This document shows, in pieces, positions 46,932 to 60,600 of a stretch of DNA of 64,000 bases. The DNA is from Amphiscolops sp. MND2022. Its lineage: Eukaryota. The position numbers and the translations under genes are program-made. Numbering within the stretch: the stretch's first letter is position 1; every line of letters begins with the position of its first letter. The notes under the pieces were generated by a model, which had not been told where the DNA came from, made no database searches, and worked only from the letters and a program-made list of their open reading frames with translations. Location: contig OZ076418.1 in NCBI GenBank assembly GCA_964187785.1, positions 26,784,001 through 26,848,000 of the forward strand, written 5' to 3'.

Positions 46932-48510
46932 ACTGTATACCTCATAATATCTAATAATTTGTACTCCATAAATGACGTCATCTGTTGAGCAGATGCTGTA
47001 CTGTAAATGAGGACATGTGAGCTTGAAATTCGCGAATTCAAGAAAACGTTTGCTTCTGTATTGAATTGATTTTAAATTGATTTAGCAACGTGTTTTTTCA
47101 CTAGAATATAACCAGGTTTCCCGACTAGACTGGTAATATATTTCCAATTTAAGGTCCAGACTATGTCAGCCTGAAATCATAAATCTTTGTGACCCATACT
47201 ACGATCAGTGTGGAACCATATGTGGCCCAGGGTATAGACAACCTCAAATCAATAATCCCTGGGTATGGTAAGCTTGAAATCAAATTACTTCAAAATTCTA
47301 TCAATTTAGCAGTTTTATAAAGAAAAAGCGGTCAGATCACAAAGGTGAAGGCAAAACCACCAATCAAGCCATTTCGGTTACGTGATACTTCATACTATGC
47401 AATTTCAACTGTTTAAAGTTTCAACCTATCACATTTTTATTCTCAGGCAATTTCATCCTAAACTAACGTTGGCTAATTAGTTCTAATTCGTTTGAGTTCT
47501 TCATTACAAAAGTTAACTAATTAGTACTGGATCGAACAAGTTTGATTAATGGTACCTATTCACGAAGAAGCCAAAACGTGCCAAAACTGGCGTAAAAATT
47601 ACAGCACATTTGAATTTAGAAGTGTATGAAAGATGGAAACTACCTTAAATAATTATCTAACTAATAAGTACCCATTAGCCACAACTAGTCCAGGCCGAAA
47701 TTGCAGAAAGTTGAAAATGTAAGAGGTTGAAATTGCATAGCTTGAAATTGCATAGGATGCAATGTCCTGAAACTAGCCATTCTGATCTAATATTTTGAAG
47801 ATACACTTACCGGTGAAAACGTCATTAAAAACGTAGACCGTTCAGTTATTTTAGAACGATTCAGTCACACTTTCCCCAGATAACAACTGTTTTGCTGCAG
47901 CGCCAACAACTTCAAAAAAAGTTTTTGTATAGTTCGAGATAGAAAAGTCAACATAAGATGCCAAGAGGATATACTTGTGAAATTGTTTCCAATTTTGCGG
48001 ACAGGTGTACATTGGTTGAGAATACTGTGAACAATCAACTCTGACAGTGTTAATTGGCTATGTTTTGCTAATATGTCTTTAATGGACCAAAACGGACCAT
48101 TGAATAAACCATAAATGGCCAAGATTGTGGTCAGTCTGTAACCATGTTCATCTATTACTGGTTTTTAATCAGTCTTTATGTTTCCCGAAAATATCAGACA
48201 CCTTTCAGCCTCAATTATTTAACAGGAAGGCTAGATACGACAAAAATTAACGGTATGCTGCAAAGGTTATGCTGTATTTACATGATGCAGAACTTCGGCA
48301 CACTAGATAGAACTGAACCTCCAAGTTCTTCGTGCCAAGACAGTTTATATCGAAGAAGACGCCCGCTAGCACCAGTATATTTCCCCAAACGCAAAAGAGT
48401 CTGGAGGCGGCGAGGTTCAAAACTACTTCTTTAGGAGGCAAAAAAGTGTGGCGAAGGTGAGATATACCGCCCTACTTCCTGGGAATACCAAAAAATAGCC
48501 GAAAGCTCAG

Positions 48511-48572
48511 ACTCCAGCCCCGGTTCGAACCCACGATCCCCTGTTTGCGCGAAGCACTACCAACTGCGCCAC
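48511..48572 (-). repeat. tRNA-derived SINE head or tRNA pseudogene
   Basis: Minus strand GTGGCGCAGTTGGTAG (A box) ... GGGTTCGAACC (B box). Confidence 0.6.
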
Positions 48573-48929
48573 ATACTCAGGTTTTCTAATAAGTAACTAA
48601 ATACCTAATAAGTGTCTAAATGGGATAACAAAATGGTTATTTGACTGAATTTGGAAAAAAACGCTATACAGATGGTGATTTTCTTCCCCATACACAATAA
48701 ATTGCGAGGGCAGCCTAATTGTTGTGATAAATTTATTAAATAGATAATTGGTGGTTGTGAACTGAGCCTCACGAATTGGGTAGCCAATTAAGGGATTTCA
48801 GTTGGCTCTGTCAGCAAGAAAGTATTCCTACACGAAGTTCGGGGTTCAATTTGAAAGGGTAATGGCGACGAGAACCGAGCAACCTAGCCAATGCGATTCA
48901 GAGCAACGATTTCCTCGATCAAAATATCA

Positions 48930-51900
48930 AAGAGGTTCTCCTGCTCTTGATTCAAGAGAGTGATACAAAAATCAGCAAATTGCTGTATTGGAAGCCGAAG
49001 TTCGAAACCTAAACATCAAAGTCAATGAGCTGCAAAGGTTTCAATTTAAAGACCCTCTGATTTTTAGAAATTTTCCTATAGGTGGAAACGAATCTTTGAT
49101 TGAAGATGTCGTTGCCTTCCTTCGAGATGTTAAGATGATGGATATTTGTGCTGCGAATATGAAGGCATGCCATGCTCTTGGTCCGATAAGCGTCCAACAA
49201 TCCACAAGTGTCATCGTCAAAGTCATCTGTCACGATCAGAAGGAGAGGAAGTGGTCACGAAAGAGGTTCCAGAAAAAAATTCAATCCGATTAATCATCAA
49301 CCGGTATTCATCCACGAAAGACTTATCAAGTATGACAGGGATTTGAAAGAATATGCAGAGACACAAAGTCTCTTTGTTACAACACATAATTCTGCCCCAA
49401 TGTTGCATATTCAACATGAAAACGGGAAACCTCGGCAACATGCTATGACTAGTAGAAAAGATGTCGATGAACTCAAAAGAAAGCCACAAAGAAGCGCACT
49501 TTTGGTGGAACTCGAAAAGCAAAAAACCCAACTTCCAATTGACAACTGACACCAAATCTCGGGAAGCATGTTCCTGTGATTCCCAGTACTCCCATTTCAA
49601 CAAGTCTACCAGCTCTGAAGCGCGCTCGCAGCGCAATTACTCCTCCACAGTTGCGGCTTGATGATGGCAGCGTAATCCGAGAATTCAAAGCTCGGAAAAA
49701 CAATGAAGTTGACCTACTGGACTATGTGAAAGCACTTTTGTGTGAAACCCCTATCGCGAAGCAATCAATTATGGAAGTTGAAGAAGGCACGTTTTGGACA
49801 GAAGAGCAAAGAAAAGCTGAATGAACCTGCATACTCTGCCATTTCTCGTAAAATTAATAACAGCAGTATAAACTCTCTCTTTAAAAACTGTGATGTAATT
49901 ATAAATGAAGCGCGAGGCAAGTTTCTAAGTGTCCTCAATAATAGCATAATATGTCTCAGTACTCATTTTGGCGAGTTCAAAATTGAAGCATACCTCTCAG
50001 CTAAGATAAAGCCTTCAAAAATTTAACAGAAACATGGCTAAAAGACGAAAGTAACCTGTCTCAATTTTCTTTGAAAGGTTATCACAAATTGATTGCTTGC
50101 GACCGGTCGAATGGTGAAAGAAGAGGTGTGGGCTTGTTCCTAGATGACAGTTTCAAATTTAAGGTAGTTTGAAAGACACGTTATCGGAATTTTTAGTCGT
50201 TGAGACATTCATTTCTCTTAAAACGTACTTAATTGTCACTTATCGAAGGGAATTGATGTGGTCAAAAAATGCTTATTGTGAATGGCTGACAGACGAACTG
50301 AACGATAAAGTAAATAGGAAAACAAATATAATAATCAGCGGTGACTTCAATATTGACCTTCTGGTTGCAAACAAACATCATTTTGCACTAAGTGATATTA
50401 TGCTGAGCCATAACCTGAAGCTAGTTAGTCCGCTGGAAGTAACTAGGCATGACGAAAATTCAGAGTCGTGTCTGGATCATATTTATCCTGACATGAAAAT
50501 ATCAGAGCATAAAGTTTTTCAAAGTTCTATCACCGATCATTGCATGGTTTCCACCCAATTCTCCCAAAAGTTCAGTTCAACTAAACAGTTTCTAGAAAAC
50601 ATAGAGAGTTGAATCAATTGAATAAGGATATTTTATCAATTTTTTGGAAGATATTCAATCACGGCGTTCCAGAGTTGACTGGGAGTCTGGAAATTGGACA
50701 ATGCGGTGTTCTACCTTCTTAATGCCATTAAGGAAGCTAGCGAAAAATATATTCCACTGAAACTTGTCTCAACCAAGAAAACGTTTCGGATTGACAATTC
50801 AGTCAAAAGGTCAATAAACAAAATGAATGAGCTATATATAATCTACAAGATTGACCCAACAATCCTAAAGCTAAGGAAGCCTTCGAGAGACAGAGGAGGG
50901 AAACGAAAGCCTTGCTACGTCGTAAAAAACGTGGATTCATACAAGCTAATTCCGAAAAAAAACTTTTGGCGACATGAAGATGTTCCATAGGCAATTAAAT
51001 GATATAATTGGCAAAGTTAAAGAAGAGATTCAACCATCGTTATCTGAAACGAAAACGATTCATGATTTCAATAGCTACTTCGTGAATGTTGGCCTGAATA
51101 ATCGAAGAACTATAGAGCATGTCGAATTGAAAATGAACCAATCCAGTAAACAAATGCAATCCTAAGACCCACATCAGCTGGTGAAATTCAGTCCATCATT
51201 GGAAATTTAAAAACCTAAACATCCACAGGGCCTTTTGGTATCAGTAACATATTGTTGAAAGTTTTCGAACCGGTAATTTCACCTATTTTGGCAACAATGA
51301 ATATTGGTTGGATGTCGATTGAATATTTCCCTGTGGATTGTTGAAAGAAGTCAAAGTTGTACCGCTTTACAAGGAAGGTGACCGAGACATATTCTCCAAT
51401 TACAGGCCAATTTCACTTCTCTCTCCAATTTCGAAAATTTTCGAGTATCTTTTCCTACATCGAAAAGTTCGACCTGCTGAGTGATAATCAGTTCGGTTTT
51501 AGAAAGAAAAGAAAAACAGACGATGCATTGGCTTGTGCTATAGAGCAGATCAGAACAGCAATGAATGCCCAGCACACTTCCTGTTGTGTTTTTTTTTTAG
51601 ATGTGAAGAAAGCTTTCTATACGTTAGAAAATGGTATTCTTCTAAATAAACTAGAATTTTAGGCTTCAGGGGACCAGTGTTAGATTTGTTCACTTCCTAT
51701 CGGTCGACAATATACGTCAGAAGATGGTGTTAATTCACATCTCCAGGAAATGAAATGTGGCGTACAACAAGGCTCTGTTTTGGGACCGCTATTTTTTCTG
51801 TTATACGTTAATGATATAAGTGATAATATGTAATCGTCCTTAACCTTGTTCGCTGATGACTCAAGTATTTTGGAACCTTTGAAGCCGGGAAGTCATAAAC

Positions 51901-52700
51901 TGAAGGACACTTTGATGCTTGTTGACTCATGGATGAGAAGTAAAAAGCTCAAATGTAAATTGGACAAATCGAAGGCTGTTATTTTTGGAAGGAAACCACA
52001 ACAAAAGGTGACTGGTCTACAACTTGTAAGTATTGAAAACGGTGTGCAATACTTGGGTGTAACTATTGTCGAAGATTTGAGTTTCAAAGACCATGTTCAA
52101 AGGGTCAAAAAGAAACTCCTTTTTGGCTATTATACAGTGCTTAGATCGAGACAATTTCTGAAACGGTCGCAACAAATGGTATATTATAGAACCTATGTTA
52201 AACCCATCTTACAGTATAGGGTTTTAAATTGCGGGTGTACTGTTTTTGGTAGTTTAGACCCATTTCATCAGCTACAAAAAAAGTATCATGAGATGTATTT
52301 TTTTTACCTAACTTCGCTAGCGTTGATCATCTCATGATGACTCATAAAAATGCCACAGTTTATGAGCTACATGATTTTGAATGGGTGAAATTCATTCTCT
52401 CGTCAATGACTGGTCGTCACCCGTCTAGTCTTTTAAGCTCAGTTCTCAGCTTTGCTTCCGAATGTTTATACGAGTTCCGAACCAATACTGGACTTAGGGC
52501 TGTTTACCTTTACCGAAATCCAGGGCTGGCAAACTTTCTCTCTCATATCGAGTACCCTTGTTGTACAACAAACTTTTATCTTGGGATGTGCTCCCGTGCC
52601 AGGTGACCTATCTAAATGCAGAGATGTGTCCATAAACGATTTAGGTCATCAAATCGTCGACTGTTATGTAATGGGTAGTGAAGATCTATTTGGTTCGTAT
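48930..52700 (+). mobile_element. Decayed near-full-length LINE (ORF1, APE, RT; CR1/L2-like)
   Basis: ORF1-like LIFRNFP...CHALG...VIVK...PVFIHERL; APE ISGDFNID, SCLDHI, ITDH; RT NYRPISL, NQFGFRKKR, DVKKAF, QGSVLGP, FADD; many stops and frameshifts. Confidence 0.85.
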
Positions 52701-55489
52701 ATGGACTCTCAGAATGATTTATATTGCCTAGAAATGTATAATTGCAGATGCCTTTTGTTGGTTCAGTAGGCGCCAGTAGGCGTTTTCTGTGCAGCAATCG
52801 TTGTTTCAGAGTCATTATTGCATTTTGTTCCTCTATGAATTATATTATCGGGTATTATGCTTTCGAAGTTACTATTTCCGCCTCTGATGTATTTTTCTCG
52901 CGTTAGAGTTTTCAGCAGGTCACGTCTGTGTTCCCCTGGAACACTGAGGGCTCTGGGGCCTGTAAAGTCGGGCATCAGGTGTGTGGAAGTGGTTCCAAAG
53001 AAAGGATAAAAGAGCCCACGAATTCCGAATTTTTTCGAAAATGGGAGTCGGTTTAGTTTGTCTTATGTCAATGCAGAGGTAGCTTCTACAGATATCATCA
53101 ATTGTAATCAATCCAGAACACAGTTATCAAGACAGCGGATGCATCGTTTTTTCTGGGGTTGTTTTACCTTCGTGAAATTGCGCTTTTTCTTGAATTTATT
53201 CGATTCTTAAAAATACTCCAAAAAATCTTCCTCGTAAATGCATTAGCATCAAAAACGTCCAAATTACATTGACAGGCTCTTCAAGGCTTCCAATAAACGG
53301 GCTATAGCCTACTGGAATTCTTTTCTGGCTGTTAAGCTAGATAAATTAATTTATTATTTTCAATTATATAAAAAGTGCAGTACCGTTTATCAGTGCAGCA
53401 TTTTACCTAGTAAATTGATTTTTACATTCAAATAACTAAGTTGATAAACCAGTAATCTTCTACGTTGGTGGATAACCTGAATCAGTCGTGTTGTTGAGCA
53501 CGCACATCTCCAAACTACACGCGATGATTTATTAGAGGATTGGGATATCTTTCACTATGTCACCCTTGCAGCAAAAAGGTGGTAGAAAGTGAAACAATAT
53601 TAACTACTTGTAATGCACTTTTGAATAGCAAAGATCTGCTCTTATTCAACAACGCTTCTGATTGGCTGAGTGGGGATTTTGATAAAAGGAGCCAATAGAA
53701 AGTGTCGATAGTTATGACGAGATCAGTTGAACGACAGAATAGCATGAGCGATTAGCCATTTTTATATGAATAGAAATGAGCCACTAACATTTTTTTCTCT
53801 AGGGGGACTGTTATGCAATACGCATGATTGAAAACAGTAAATAACAATCGATGCTGTTACCCACACAGCATTACCAGACAGAAACTATGAATGGAAATCA
53901 ACAAAACGCACAAGATTCACGAAGAGACGCCGCTACATGCACAACGTCACATGACTAGAGATGAAAACGAAGGATAAAACCGGGATATGGTATGATGTAG
54001 TTGATCACACAGCATTAACAAATAAACTCAAACATTTTACATGAATATATTGTGACGTGACTGTGATACAAGCATCCTTCATATACTTACGCAGAATAAC
54101 CATTCCTATTTTTACATCAAACCCATCCCCGATGTTTGACGTAGTTGTATTGAATACGTTAAATCATGTGCCAGAAGTGTTAGTAATTTTATTGCTTAGT
54201 CCATAATTTGTCATTTACCCAATGTTGGTGATACAACATCATCCTACAGTCATATGTATTATTTTCAACGTTGGTGATACAGCATCACTACACCCTCACA
54301 CAAGTGCAATTACTTCACATAGAGTATTCAAACGTATTGTTTGATGAATCATGTAACCATAGTACTGCACCATCACTGCACTCATACCAGTTGACACAAA
54401 TTGCGCTACCATACACGAGGTGCTAATTAACACCAATAAAATAACGCAATATGATTGGCTATTGAGGTCACGTGACCAACATCAGCATACCCAACAACAG
54501 GTGCCATCGCGCAACCATCAAGTTTTGCTTTCCTATAACGTGCAGTTACCGACTACATCAATTCCACACCAACCTTCATTTTCAATAATAACCAAAAAAT
54601 CATCCTTCAAACAACTCAATTAAACTTAAAGTTTGTAATATTTTCTTTATAGTCAACACGAAATCTCAATTAGCGAGAAATAATTCATTAGATATGAGCG
54701 GAATGGATAGACATAGTGTGACGCTAAAAATGAAGGCAGTTTGCCCGAGATCCTTACGAGAGATCAAATAAATGACTTCGATAATGGCGACTTGTTAACC
54801 TACCGGAATGACACTGAACGACATACAGTAAACCAACGTTTCCCTGAAATGAACGGGCAGATCAACGAACTAACAAACCTAGTATTTGCCTTAACAGAGA
54901 AGATATCCTCTAGCAATAGAGAAAAGAACGATTTAAACACTGTCTCATATGGACACGAGACACGTTCCGACAGGGACATAGTGTGACGAGTGATATAGGG
55001 GGGGGGCATAGTGAAAGAGATCCGACGATTGTGTAGTGAAATGCTATGAAGACCAAAAAGACTCCGTTTACGCAGCTGAGTGGGCTTATGCGAATCCCCG
55101 GACTTTCGCTTCCTCAAGCTGTTCTTTGAATTCCTCACTCTTTGTATATCACTATTATTTGTTGGTAACTTCATTCAGTTCTCTCACATTTTTTTCAGAC
55201 CATGGAGTAAAAAAGTTTCAGCGCGCTCACCAGCAGCTTCAAATACGGTGAAAGAAAGCTCAAGACTGCGACATAAATCTGGACTCTAGTTCCAGCGGTT
55301 TTAGGTCTTATTTTAAAGATTATTAAATAGTATTTCATTTAAATAATATTAATGATGCTTTTCCAAAGGTTGTAAAGATTATCGTGTTTCAGTAATTTTA
55401 TAGATTGGGGTGAATTTCACATTATATTCAATATACCCATCATAGTTTTTACTCTTCTTCGCCCATGTTCAATATTGAAAAGGAAAATG

Positions 55490-55662
55490 TTCAAATCAGC
55501 CGGGTTTTTCTTTAAAAACTGGCCATATTCCAATTTTAACTGGATGGTTTCACCCAAAAAACTCAGTTGACACAACTTGTGTCTACTGAGTTTTTTGGGT
55601 GAAACCATCCAGTTAAAATTGGAATATGGCCAATTTTTAAAGAAAAACCCGGCTGATTTGAA
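55490..55662. repeat. 173-bp near-perfect palindrome (86-bp arms, 1-nt spacer at 55576, 2 mismatches)
   Basis: ttcaaatcagccggg...gacacaa C ttgtgtc...cccggctgatttgaa checked base by base. Confidence 0.95.
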
Positions 55663-55737
55663 AATCTGTAAAATTGCATAGCGCATGAAATTAATTTTGA
55701 AAATTAATTTCATGCGCTATGCAATTTTACAGATTTT
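55661..55737. repeat. 77-bp perfect palindrome (38-bp arms, 1-nt spacer at 55699)
   Basis: aaaatctgtaaaattgcatagcgcatgaaattaatttt G aaaattaatttcatgcgctatgcaattttacagatttt. Confidence 0.95.
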
Positions 55738-57324
55738 TGGACTTTTTTGGTTGACCCGAAATCCGACTCCAGAATGACCCAACATAGACAAAAGTTCCAA
55801 GTTTTTCCAAATCCCATTTTTGCATTTGTGTCATCTTCTCGATAGATTTCGTTGATCAAAACGTTTCAAACGTTCAACACAGAATGAACACTTTTTTCGG
55901 TAGTATTTCGGAGATAAATAAGTTTCTGTATTAGAAATACGCCTTGATTTGGCCCCAAAAGAGTTGAAAATACACAAGTTTCCAGTCCATGTCGTTTTTC
56001 ATGCAATTTGTGTACAATTGATTGAAGGTTTTCATGAATTAGAAGGAGGTTCAAACCATTCCAAGATGAAAGAATTAGCTGTGTAGTACGCTTCGAAAAC
56101 ACTACGGAATAAATGCCCTAGTCATCCAGCAGGATTTTTGGGTGGACAGTTTTTCTGTTGAAAAATGCCGCGAATTTACCTGAAAAAATCCAAAACAAGT
56201 TCCAGTTTTTGACATTATAGTGACTTTTTGTGCAAAATTTGAAACATTCCGTAACTTGGAAGATTCAAAAAGCTCCATGCAATATGCAGTGCGCTTCAAA
56301 AAATAAGAATAGCAGTTTTCGCGTTAGGAAAATCTTTAGAATGTCGAAAAAGTCGAAGATTTCGAACAACTCCTTTTCTCACTTTTGGTTTGCGATGGCT
56401 GAAGTATTCGAAAAACAAGGCCTAGCTATGCAATTTGCTCTGTTGGTGTGAAATTTGACTTTCTTGACTTAAAAACAAAACACAATGACTCCACAAAAGT
56501 AGGAGAATCCAAGTCTTTAAAAACTTCGTCCCTTTTCACACAGTCTAGTGAATCTGCTGAAATTTCGTCGAGCGATACCTGTAGTGTGATAGAAAGTGCC
56601 TCGAAATGACCCGAAAATAATTGAAAAAAAATGAAATTTCCCATTTTTTGAAACTTTTAGTGACTTTTTGTTTGGAATGAGAAAAATTTCGTGCCGTAGA
56701 AGGTTCGAGAAGCTCCTATGTAGTATGCTTTTCGAAGAGAAGTTTTCCGTTTGTTCGGTAGAAAGACATAAAGGAGTAAACAAATCCTAAATTCTCAAGT
56801 ATGACGTTTTCATTTAACTTTTTGTGAAGTTTTTTGGCAGTTTCTTAGGTTAGAATGATATAAACAATCAACAACGCCAGAATCCAGTATCCAGTAATAA
56901 TTTTTGGAAGAGATATTTGTAATTTTTTGTTAGAAACTTTCCTACTTTCCTCAAAATAAACCCGAGTTAGTCGAAAATATCAAATTTTCAATTTCTGACA
57001 ATTTTAGTGACTTTTGAGCAAAAATTTGTAAAGCTTTAGTTTATTAGGTACAGGTGTCCACGCAGTTCATCAACAAAAAGGTGGTTACTTAGCTTGCTTT
57101 TTTAAAAATGGATAGGAATATTCAAAAGGTGTCAAAATTTGCATTTCCTCAAACTTCTTTGCATTTTCATAGTGTATTGGCTACTCCTGAGGTTGAAAAC
57201 TAAGTCGCTGCTAGAAAAAGTGGGGCGGAAGATATCCTGCTGGTCAAGAGGCGTCTTGTTCTTTTTATTGATGCTGTACTTTTTCACAAAATCAAGCAGT
57301 TATTAGCATGGGTTTTCTTGCCAT

Positions 57325-57497
57325 TTTAGGTTTCTTAGAAAGTCCATAATTATCTTGCCTAAACCTAAATGAGAAACGCAGCTGTGACAAAGTTTCAATA
57401 AAGTAGCTGTATTATTCAGATCAAACACAAAAACTAAACAAGCTGAACAAGATTACATAATAGCGTAATACTTAGCTTGCATAAGAAGAAATCAACA
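57325..57497 (-). repeat. 3' LTR of the Gypsy element
   Basis: Direct repeat of 62102-62274; starts TGTTGA on the minus strand after the PPT. Confidence 0.9.
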
Positions 57498-57633
57498 CGG
57501 CTTCCTTCCTCCAAGACGGAGTCCACATGTAGGGCGATGTGATCATCAGGTTACACTAGCTTACAACTGCGAGTTTATTGGTAAAATAAAACTTACAAAA
57601 ACGTTTTTTTTAAAAGAAGAAAGTTTAAAATGT

Positions 57634-60600
57634 TTAAGGTTTTTGTTGACGTCGGCATCGGGTGTCATTCCGTTCAGTATCTGCGGGTTCCACAATCGTT
57701 ACTCTTTTAGTTGTTGAAGTTCTGCAGCTTGACCAAAACCATGTTGTTAATGGATGTTTTCTGAGTGATACACAGTCATAAAGATACCATGCAGTTTTCT
57801 AGTTGTTGTTGCAACACTTGATCATTTTCCTGTTATAAGGTTGTTGGCAATAGCAATAAACTTCGGTGGGTACTGTGGATGACTGCAGGTGATGGTCTTT
57901 ATTCTTTTGGCGATCAAATGATATTGTGCAAGGTTTGAGGCACTGAATGCTGAGGATGATATGATCGTTGTTTTTCTTGATTGTTGCTGTAGATGATTCT
58001 CTGTTGATTTTGATAAGTTCGTGAGGTCTAGTGTAAGGTGCTTTCAAAGGTTGCTTTACTCGGTCGACGCGCAACCAACCAAATTTGCAGTTGTCTAGTG
58101 CACATGGGATGAAGGTCTTTTGTATTGAATGTTGTCTGATATTTTTTTGTGGAAGCTAGCTGTTCGAGGTTGTCCTGAAGGTTTTTGATGAAGGCGAGAG
58201 TGATGGGTGCTGTCTTTTTTGCAACTGTTGTCGGGTAAAGTACATCTAGTCCTGTGGTGGCTGCTAGTGGTGAAATGAAATTGCTGTTTGGTTTTGACCT
58301 CAATCCAAAAACAACTACGGGTAGTGCTGCTCTCCAGTCGGTCTTTGATGACATTAACGCTGCTTTGAGGGTTCGATGAAAACGTTCGACTTTTCCATTG
58401 CTCTGTGGATGATATGAAGTTGTACGGAGTCTGCAAAATCCTAGAGTTTGAGAAAATTGAGCAAACAGGTGACTTTCAAATTGTGTTCCACGGTCAGTCG
58501 TGATGTACAATGGTACTCCGAAGCGAGAAAACCAGGATGTGGGAAAAGCGTGGCAAACTTCTTCAACTGTGATGGAATGTACGGTGTGGGCTTCAATCCA
58601 ATTGGTTCTGCGGTCGATGAAGGTAACAAGGCATCGGAATGGCGAATTGTTAATTGCAGGTAGTGGTCCTACGATATCCATGTGAACGTGGGTAAAACGG
58701 GCGATGGCTTCAATGAGTTGGCGTGTTGGAGGATGTATATGGCGAGTGATTTTCATCTGTTGGCAAATGAGGCAATTGTGACACCATTCTTTGATAGTGC
58801 GTTGAGCATTGGGCCACGTGAAGCGGGCGAGGATCAAACATGACGTTGATTTCTAGTTGCTGTGGCAAAGGTTGTGGAATTGGGTGAAGATTGGATAACG
58901 GCATTGTTCGGGCAGAATAGGGCGCGGAGGAATGCTTTTATCACAGGTGAGAGTCGTGGTTCCGATGCTGATCATCTGTGTTCCATGTTGGTATGGTTCT
59001 GACATCTGTTATTGAAATGAAGTGTCTTGAAGGCTGGCAATTCTTGGTAGATCATAGGTGTCGATGGAAACTGTTGATGTTGATGCTACGGTTAATGATG
59101 TGTCGTCGGTTGGTGGTCGAGGAAGGCAGTCCGCTACAACATTTGTTGATTCTGAGATATGTTGAATTTCATCGATGTTTTCTGCTAGTAGAGAAAAGTG
59201 GCGAGACTGTCGAGGGTTGTTGGTGTAGGTTTGGCTTCGTTGAAAACAACAGGTGATGGGTTTGTGGTCTGTGAAAACAACGGTATAGCGTCCTTCAATC
59301 AGATGTTTGAACTTTAGTGTTGCTGCGAAGATAGCGAGGAGTTCCTTATCAAATGTGCAGTAATTTCTTTTGGCGGCAGTGAGTCGGCGAGAGAAAAATG
59401 CAATAGGGCGGCTGCTGTGGTCTGTTATCTCGTGTAGGGCGGCTGCCATGGTTGAATCGGAAGCATCTGTAGCAAGAGAGAGAGAGTGTGTTGAATTTTC
59501 TGTGAGGTGATGAAGAAGTGTTGCATTAGCGAGTGCGGTTTTCAAAGTAGAGAAGGCTTTTTGGTGATCTTCTAACATGACGAAAGGTGGTGGTGCTGAT
59601 TGTTGTTCGCAATTCTTCCGGCGGTAGGATTGTTTCGACTGGGTTGCGTTGAGACGTTGTTGTAGTGGTTCAACTATATGTGCGTAGTGTGGGATATGTT
59701 GTCGATAAAATGAGAACATTCCCATATAACGTCGAAGTTCTTTGTAATCTGTTGGTTCGGGTAGTTCTGCGAGCGTCTTTGTCCTTGCTGTCTGTGGTTT
59801 GATTCCTTCCGATGTTATGGTGTTTCCTAACAGGTCGATTTAATGTTGTATCCATTGGCATTTTCTGAAGTTAATGCGTAGTCCAAACTTCTCGAGGAGG
59901 GTGAAGAGTTCTGTTAGTGCGTTGATGAGATCAACCAAAATGTTGCTGGCAACGAAAATATCATTGGCGTAGGCGAACACATCTGGCAATCCGTTGGTGA
60001 CTTCGTTGATGAATCGTTGGAAATTTTTACCGGCGTTCTTGAGTCCGAAAGGCATGCGAAGAAACTCAAAGAGTCCGAAAGGAGTCGTGATAGCTGTCTT
60101 CTCAATGTCGTCGGGGTGCATGGGAATTTGGTGATAAGCTTTGACTAAGTCTAGTTTACTGAAAAAATGTTTGTCTTGAAGTGCGAACGATGAAAGCTGT
60201 GGCAGTGGGTAAGAATCGCAAACGGTGATTTGGTTGAGGGCGCGGTAGTCTCCACACGGTCTCCAGTCTCCGGGGTCTTTTTTTGGTACCATATGCGGAG
60301 GCGATGCGTATATGCTTTTCGATGGTCAGATGATTCCTAAGCGTTGCATTTCGTCGAAAGAAGATTTGGTGATAGATATCTTTTCAGGGCAAAGCTTCCT
60401 AGGCGTACAAAAAATAATTTGAGACGAAACGGCGATGCGATGAGTGGTATTGTGAGTACATGGAGTGTTGAAGTCGGCATCTCCAAAAACTGATGAATGC
60501 TGTTCCATTATCTTTCGGAGAGCTGTGTTATTTGAGACAGGTCCAGAGAAACGGCTAGAACAGAGCTGTGACTTGGCGGTGCGGGTGAATTGTTGCGTGT

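Noticed and set aside
48477-48490. CCTGGGAATACC match to 5S rRNA
   Set aside because: Only 12 nt; the flanks show no other 5S similarity
52763-53111. Minus-strand ORFs as the terminal exon of a gene
   Set aside because: Two short overlapping frames without motif or clear acceptor
53740-55320. Possible LTR element remnant (G-run at 54997-55006, gag-like ORF 54741-54986)
   Set aside because: No second LTR, PBS, TSD or enzymatic motif could be identified
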